From the NCBI GenBank assembly GCA_951406725.2, contig OX597839.1, positions 19,964,001-20,028,000 of the forward strand: a DNA stretch of 64,000 bases, in the 5' to 3' direction. Below the pieces are notes generated by a model. The model had not been told where the DNA came from, made no database searches, and saw only the letters and a list, made by a program, of their open reading frames with translations. Within the stretch, counting starts at the first letter, position 1. Every line of letters starts with the position of its first letter. Positions 55,974 through 64,000 of the stretch are shown here, piece after piece. This DNA is from Octopus vulgaris. Taxonomy: Eukaryota. The translations under genes were made by a program, and so were the position numbers.

Positions 55974-56465
55974 TAAATATAGATATACATATATAGATAT
56001 GTATGTACGTATGTATGTGTTTGTATATATATATACATGCATATGAGTGTATATGTGTGTACGTAAGCATATTTGTATATACGGTGAGCATGGAGAGCTA
56101 TTTCTCTTACAAACGAGTGTTAGTTATTAAAAATATAACTATGCTCTCGTTTTAGCCTTATAAACATACTCGTTATTAATTTCGTTTTCGATGGGGGGCT
56201 TCTTTTTCCCTCTTCTATTTTTTAATATTTTTTTTTCGTCGATATTTTGTTTTGATTAATTATTTTGTGAGGTCGATCGAAGTTCGAAGACTATTCAGGG
56301 CTTGCTTTTCTGCTATTAAATATTTTTATTGTCCGTGCGTTATAGCCATTTTATTTTATTTTTTATGGCAGACGACCATCACGGGACGGCTTTTGTGTCT
56401 TTTTCTTACTCGTTATCTACACAAACTGGCCGTGAGTCTACATAAATATACATATACACACACAT

Positions 56466-56520
<55 letters not shown>

Positions 56521-56802
56521 ACAACTTTTTGCTCTTCTTTTGGTTTTTGCTAGGATGCATTATCTTTATTTTGACGTTTGATTTATATTTTGATATTAAT
56601 ATAACTTTCATGATTAATATTGCACAGTTTTGGTTTTATGGCGATGGCGATGTTCTTTATGAAATAGCTTGCATTTCAATTAATGTGTCTCTCCAGCGAG
56701 AGTGCAAACATAGCTCAGTGATTTCAACGCCCGTTTCGCAATCATAACGCCGCTAGTTCTATACCACAGACACAAAATATGCGCTAGCGTTCTTTCTAAG
56801 AT

Positions 56803-57206
56803 ATTGGTTTCAAGTTTTGGCACAAGACCAGCAATTTTGGGGGAAAGGGGTAAGTCGATCACATCGGTCCCCAGTGTTCAACAGGTACTTATTTTATTGA
56901 TCCCCGACCGGATGAAAGGCGAAGTCGATCTGGGCGGAATTTGAATACAGAACATGAAGACTGACGAAATACCTATTACTTTACTACCCACAGGGGTCTA
57001 AACACAGAGGGGACAAAGAAGGACAGACAAACGGATTAAGTCGATTATATCGACTCCAGTGCGTAACTGGTACTTATTTAATCGACCCCGAAAGGATGAA
57101 AGGCAAAGTGGACATCGGCGGAATTTGAACTCAGAACGTAGCGGCAGACGAAATACTGCTAAGCATTTCGCCCGGCGTGCTAACGTTTCTGCCAGCTCGC
57201 CGCCTT
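56803..57206 (-). mobile_element. SINE family B dimer with two different tails
   Basis: Full head at 57206, junction gacgaaatacctatta at ~56965-56978, and a distal unit ending …cttgtgccaaaacttgaaacc. Confidence 0.85.
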
Positions 57207-57564
57207 CTGATGACGAAAAAGGCTGACCAAAATCTCTCCTTGGCTCATAACATTAATAATTTAAGTAGCTCTAAAATATTACAATTCCTGGTATTGCTAA
57301 AAACATTACCTTTAGAAACAGCCCAAGCTGAGCAGAACAGAAGTGGTTAAGTTATTGTGTCTGCAACCCCATTGACCAACGGCGAAAAAGGTAAAACCAC
57401 TGAGTATTTCAGACAGAGATGTAAGCTGGTTATCTCCCAGTAGACACAGCGTGATACTATGCACAACAAAGCTGTTGTTCTGAGTTACAATATAAAGTCC
57501 ATTGGATGGGTTTCCAAGCAGTTTTTGTCTCCTACTTTCACTCACAAGTTTTAATGCAGCCTAA

Positions 57565-58360
57565 CAATGCAGCAGGACAAGGTACGATGGTCAGGCGGTA
57601 GTAGATGATGAACGCGATGTAGGTGTTCGCCACCTCCGCCCGACCTTTTAGGGACAGTTTCCTCTCGGCCCGTTGCCGGGCGAGAGTGACCACCCTACTC
57701 GTTATCTCATTCCAGTTCTTCTCCATTTGGAGGTCCGGACCGAACCAGACCCCGAGCAACTCAACCGGGCCGTCCGTCCAGCGTCCCATGACGAAGGTGC
57801 TGGTGGACGGCATGGGCTTGCTTCTCCAGGTGCCGAGCCGCAAGCCCACTGACTTTTCCCGGTTAATTTTCGCTCCTGTCACCGCTTCGTAGTCTTTCAA
57901 TGTCTAGCCAACAAGCTCGATGTGCTCGTGGCTTGACACTATGACGGTGACGTCGTCCGCGTATGCAGACACGCTCGTCCCGCATCCCAATTCTCGCGGG
58001 ATGCCCCTCAGAGTCGCCAGCTTCCGCAGTAGTGGCTCGAGAGTCAATACGTATACAAGCGACGAGAGGGGGCATCCCTGACGGACCGAACGTGCAATGT
58101 CGAAAGGTCTCGATAGATGTCCATTTACGCGAATTACCGAACGGATGCCTCTGTACAAAGCAGTTATCCAGCCGCGGAAGACGGACTGAAACCAGCCGCT
58201 TTCAGGACTGCCTCCAAGTATCGATGGTCTACCCTATCGAACGCTTTCGATTGATCCAAATTGATCAGAGCCCCACCCATGCCAGGTTCCTTAACTACTT
58301 TGTCTGTGATATAGCGCATCAGATGGAGGTTGTCATGGATGCTCAGGCCCAGCACGGCAG
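57565..58360 (-). mobile_element. L1/Tx1-clade reverse transcriptase fragment (pseudogenised)
   Basis: LDQSKAFDRVDH…SVRQGCPLS…YADD…GAKINREKS…LGVWFG…LSLKGRAEV, with a frameshift and a stop. Confidence 0.92.
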
Positions 58361-58366
58361 ATAGAG

Positions 58367-58436
<70 letters not shown>

Positions 58437-58544
58437 GCAAATCGAAAATTGAAAAATAACAAAACAACGAAGTGCTAATAGGATGTATACATGGAATATA
58501 TTAGCTTGACACTCAGTATAAGATGGAAACAAATAGTGGACGCG

Positions 58545-58576
58545 TAACATTTCGAACATGGTGCCTCATCAGAAAG
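58545..58576 (-). ncRNA. Degenerate hammerhead-like motif in a short element (58435-58660)
   Basis: Minus strand: cttt-CTGATGA-ggcaccatgttc-GAAA-tgtta. Downstream sequence resembles the other hammerhead-bearing elements. Confidence 0.45.
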
Positions 58577-58656
58577 AGGAGAGAGGAAAACTCCGTAGAG
58601 AAGGAAACGAGTCCGAACAAGCACGTGTATGGTTACATGGCTGAAGTGACGAGAAT

Positions 58657-58717
<61 letters not shown>

Positions 58718-58954
58718 CATATACATAAATATATATATATATATATGTGGAGGGGTGGATATATAGACAAAATATAAATAAATAGTTAAATATCTAGTTA
58801 AGTAGAAACATAATACTTACATATATAGAGATGTATATAGATACAAATGTAATAGATAGATACATAGATAGATAAATAGATAGATACATACGTACATACA
58901 TACATATATAGAGAGATAGATACATATATAGATAAATAGATAGATAGATAGATA

Positions 58955-59140
58955 AGTTTCTTTATTGGCCACACAGGGCTGCACACAGATGGGACAAGTT
59001 ACAAGGTAGAGCTTTTCTTTTGGGGGATGAAAAAAACAAAAAACAAAAGAAACAAAAGAAAGGGGGGATGGCGTAGGTTTTCGATCAAGAGGGATCGTAA
59101 AAGGGAAGAAAAGAACAAAAAAAAAAAATAAAATAAAAAA
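58955..59140 (-). mobile_element. Retroelement 3'-end remnant inside (GATA)n
   Basis: Minus strand ends ttgtcccatctgtgtgcagccctgtgtggccaataaagaaac. A similar end occurs at 2140-2226 (+). Confidence 0.5.
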
Positions 59141-59639
59141 TAAGATAGATAGATAGATAGATGATGGATGGATGGATGGATGGATGGATAGATGGATAGA
59201 CAGATAGATATAGATAAATATATATTTACATAAACACGTAAGGAGAAATACATAATTATACCTATCTACTTACACACACACACACACATACATACACACA
59301 TACACACACACATACATACATACATATATACACACATACATACATATAGGGGCTCACCCACATATCTATCCCTCTGCACACATAAAACTTAGAAACGTTT
59401 GTACACCTTTGACATAGGCACCGCCCCCGAAATATTTCTTCAGCAACAAAGAGACACAACTTTTATACAGCTGAACATGTATTGGCGTCAAAGGAGCACC
59501 GCCACCGACACCACCACCACCACCTCTTCAAACCCCACTACCATCGCTACAGCCACCACTACCATCGTCACTGACAAGGCAACCAGCCCCTCGAGCCTCA
59601 CCACTGCTTCCACCACAAGCACTACCACCACTACCACTA

Positions 59640-60500
59640 TGGCACCACGGACAACACCACCACCACTACCACCACCGCCAGCACCACCATTATCACTATC
59701 ACAACTACTACCACTACAACCACCACTATCACTATCATTGCTATCAATACCACCACCACCACCACCACCACTACCACCACCACTACCACCACCGCCAGCA
59801 CCACCATTATCACTATCACAACTACTACCACTACTACCACCACTATCACTATCATTGCTATCAATACCACCACCACTACCACCACCACCACCACCACCAC
59901 TACCACCACCGCCAGCACCACCATTATCACTATCACAACTACTACCACTACTATCACTATCATTGCTATCACTACCACTACCACCACCACCACCACCACC
60001 ACTACCACCACCGCCAGCACCACCATTATCACTATCACAACTACTACCACTACAACCACCACTATCACTATCATTGCTATCACTACCACTACCACCACCG
60101 CCATCACCACCACCACTACCACCACCGCCAGCACCACCATTATCACTATCACTACCACTACCACTACCACCACCACCACCACTACCACCACCACTACCAC
60201 CACCGCCAGCACCACCATTATCACTATCACAACTACTACCACTACTACCACCACTATCACTATCATTGCTATCACTACCACTACCACCACCACCACACAC
60301 CACCACTACCACCACCGCCAGCACCACCATTATCACTATCACAACTACTACCACTACTACCACCACTACCACCACTACCACCACCACCACCACCACCACC
60401 ACCACTACCACCACCGCCAGCACCACCATTATCACTATCACAACTACTACCACTACTACCACCACTATCACTATCACCACCACCACTACCACTATCGCTA
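59640..60500. repeat. Higher-order minisatellite built from ACC/ACT triplets, about 8 units of 90-120 bp
   Basis: The anchor ccaccgccagcaccaccattatcactatc recurs about 8 times. Confidence 0.9.
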
Positions 60501-60934
60501 TCACCATCACCACCACCAACGACAACAACAACAACAACAAATCTAATCTAATATCAACATCTTTGTCACCAGCAACAACAACAACAACACCAACCACATT
60601 GTTGCACCAACAACAGAACCAACCACAACAACAACAACAACACAAACAACTTCTCGACACAACAGTGAGACCCTGTTTAAGATTTATTATGACCACACCC
60701 TTAAACTTTCCGTAATACTTCCGGCTTCACTGTGTGTCTATAAAGACTATAAACATTTCGGCATTCTTTCTTTTTATTCCTTTAGATCTTTTTCTTCTTC
60801 GTTGTGTTTTTGTTTTGGTTTTGTTTCGTTTTTCTTTTTGTTTTCTTTCTATTTATTCTTCCCTTTCTTTTCTTCATTCCATTCCCGCCGCCTCTTTGCA
60901 TTTCAAACGTTCCTTTTGATTTCCATTTCATTTC

Positions 60935-61634
<700 letters not shown>

Positions 61635-61730
61635 GTTCATCCAAACAAGAAAGCACAAAAAAACAACAACGCGAGGATGTGGAACAAATATAGTATTATT
61701 GGACGCTCAGGAAAGAAGGAAAGAAGGAGG

Positions 61731-61765
61731 GTTTAACGTTTCGAGCGGAGCTCTTCGTCGGAAAC
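61731..61765 (-). ncRNA. Minimal hammerhead-like motif in element 61635-61860
   Basis: Minus strand: gttt-CCGACGA-a-gagc-tcc-gctc-GAAAC-GTT-aaac. Confidence 0.6.
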
Positions 61766-62001
61766 ATAGGAGAAGGAAAGATCCAGAGAAGGGAAGACGG
61801 AAAAAAAAATCGCCAACGGTACATGCGAGGTCACATTTTGAAAGACCGGAAGGAAAGAGTGAAGAAAGATGTTTTCAAAGACAGGAGAGTAGTATTGTCA
61901 AAGACAGCAGAATGGTAGAGGAGGAATGTGTGTGTAAGTGTGGATATGTGCGTGCACGGAGGTCTGCGTGTGCGTGTGTGTGTGTATGTGTGCAATGATG
62001 A

Positions 62002-62036
<35 letters not shown>

Positions 62037-62214
62037 TTGTGGCTGTAAATAAAGCGTGTTTGTAGGGCTAGTAGAAGAAGGAGTGGTGCCTTTTGTCCCT
62101 ACCACAGGTTAGTACTGCTACTTTGAAGTATGTGTGTGCGTGCGTGTATGTATATGTATCGTGTGTGTGTTTTGTTTGTGGTGTGTGTGTGTGTGTGTAT
62201 GTAAGTGTGTGTTC

Positions 62215-62252
<38 letters not shown>

Positions 62253-62729
62253 TAAATATAAAATATAAATTACAAAGTGGGACAAGAACGCAAAAACACA
62301 CAAGGAGACGACACAAAAAAACCGACGGGTCACTCGAAGCCTCTAATCTTCAGTCGGGAACCGGATCATCTTAGTAATTTCGGCTGTTTAATCTCGATAT
62401 CACTCCGATCCGGCCAGCCCCAAGGAAAATCCAAGCCACAGGCATTGGATTTCTTGGAAAGAGGGTCGAATGTATACGGAACAAAGACAGGATGCCACAC
62501 GAATATAAATACAAGAAACAAAAATATATATAAAAAACAGAAATAAAAAACACGAATGGTGGACAGTACAAGGACAGGAGCGTCTTACGACTTTAGACAA
62601 TTTTTAACTTATCTTGGCTGGCGTATATGAAAAAAGCCTTCAACGGCAAAAACGAAAACGTGAGCATATATGGAGGCTAAGAAGAATCGTGTACCGGTGG
62701 AACGGCTTGTTCTTTCTACATATTACATT

Positions 62730-63135
62730 TCTCTTTCTCTTTTCTCTTTTACTTGTTTCAGTCATTTGACTGCAGCCATGCTGGAGCACCGCCTTTAGTC
62801 GAGCAAATCGACCCCGGGACTTATTCTTTGGAAGCCCAGTACTTATTCTATCGTTCTCTTTTGCCGAACCGCTAAGTGACGGGGACGTAAACACACCAGC
62901 ATCGGTTGTCAAGCAATGTTAGGGAGACAAGCACAGACACACAAACACATACACACATACATATATATATATATACATATATATGACAGGCTTCTTTCAG
63001 TTTCCGTCTACCAAATCCACTCACAAGGCATTGGTCGGCCCGGGGCTATAGCAGAAGACACTTGCCCAAGATGCCACGCAGTGGGACTGAACTCGGAACC
63101 ATGTGGTTGGTTAGCAAGCTACTTACCACACAGCA
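62730..63135 (-). mobile_element. SINE family A; a further partial copy at 63430-63635
   Basis: Homology to the family consensus. Confidence 0.9.
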
Positions 63136-63664
63136 GTTCCAATAATTATATTTTTCACTTGATGAAAATGTTTTTTATAATTAATTTCATACGAGTTCTT
63201 TGCAGTTTTTTTGGAAAGGTAAAGTTTCGAAAATCATTCAACAAAATTCCCACATTATTATCAGGACTCGTATTATCAGGATGAGATGATGTTGAGATAT
63301 GTCACAACAGCCAAATACTGCCCACTGAAAGTATACTGGAGCACAGTAACAAAATCCCCACAAAAGAGAGCTCAAAATACTTTACAACCAAGAGAAACAT
63401 TAACACTTTCTTTTATATTTTTATTGATTTATTTGTTTCAGTCATTTGACTGCGGCCATGCTGGAGCACCGCCTTTAGTCGAGCAACTTGACCCCAGGAC
63501 CAATTCTTTGTAAGCGTTAGTACTTATTCTATCGGTCTCTTTTGCCGAACTGCTAAATTACGGGGACTTAAACACACCAGCTTCGGTTGTCAAGCGATGT
63601 TGGGGAGACAAACAGACACACAAGCACACGCGCACACTATATCTATATCTCTATATATCTATAT

Positions 63665-63985
63665 CACTCTGTGTTTAGCCCTTTGTGGGTAGTAAAGAAA
63701 TAGGTATTTCGTCTGTCGCTACGTTCTGAGTTCGAATTCCGTCGAGGTCGACTTTGTCTTTCATCCTTTCGCGGTCGATAAATTAAGTACCAGTTACGCA
63801 CTGGGGTCGATGTAATCGACTTAATCCGTTTGTGTGTCCTTGTTTGTCTTCTCTGAGTTTAGCCCCTTGTGGGTAGTAAAGAAATAGGTATTTCGTCTGT
63901 CGCTACGTTCTGAGTTCGAATTCCGTCGAGGTCAACTTTGCCTTTCATCCTTTCGCGGTCGATAAATTAAGTACCAGTTGCGTAC
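63665..63985 (+). mobile_element. SINE family B head-to-tail multimer
   Basis: Junction gtaaagaaataggtatttcgtctg occurs twice (~63693 and ~63876). Confidence 0.9.
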
Positions 63986-64000
63986 TAACCGACTAGCTCC

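Noticed and set aside
57203-57222. cctt-CTGATGA-c-GAAA-aagg
   Set aside because: No stem II or stem III and no cleavage triplet.
59399-60715. 438-aa Pro/Thr-rich extensin- or mucin-like ORF
   Set aside because: Explained by the ACC/ACT minisatellite; the opposite strand is equally open.
63195-63225. Possible 12-nt micro-exon (ttctttgcag TTTTTTGGAAAG gtaaag)
   Set aside because: Such motif pairs arise by chance in AT-rich DNA, and no neighbouring exons were identified.

Overview
Eukaryotic, very microsatellite-rich, largely non-coding DNA. The repeat repertoire looks like an octopus (coleoid cephalopod) genome; this is an inference, not a database match. No complete host gene is supported: almost every ORF in the track is a translation of simple repeats. 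The only host-gene hint is a possible minus-strand coding exon running off the left edge. Recognisable coding relics are all transposon-derived: R4/Dong-like fragments at (TAA)n tracts, a HERO-like RLE fragment, CR1/L2-like, RTE-like and L1/Tx1-like reverse transcriptase fragments, and a DUF4817-type Tc1/mariner transposase split by a SINE. There are four tRNA-derived SINE families, a non-autonomous Helitron and a mariner-type MITE. A ~12 kb block (31034-43476) is repeated at 43577-55517 across a 100-N gap, probably two haplotypes scaffolded in tandem. The most interesting signals are: (i) about 11 minimal type I hammerhead-ribozyme-like motifs with covarying stems, in short microsatellite-embedded, Penelope-like elements; (ii) recurrent fold-back palindromes at insertion junctions; (iii) head-to-tail SINE multimers with the same junction at several loci; (iv) SINE/LINE 3' tail sharing and apparent microsatellite-specific targeting.
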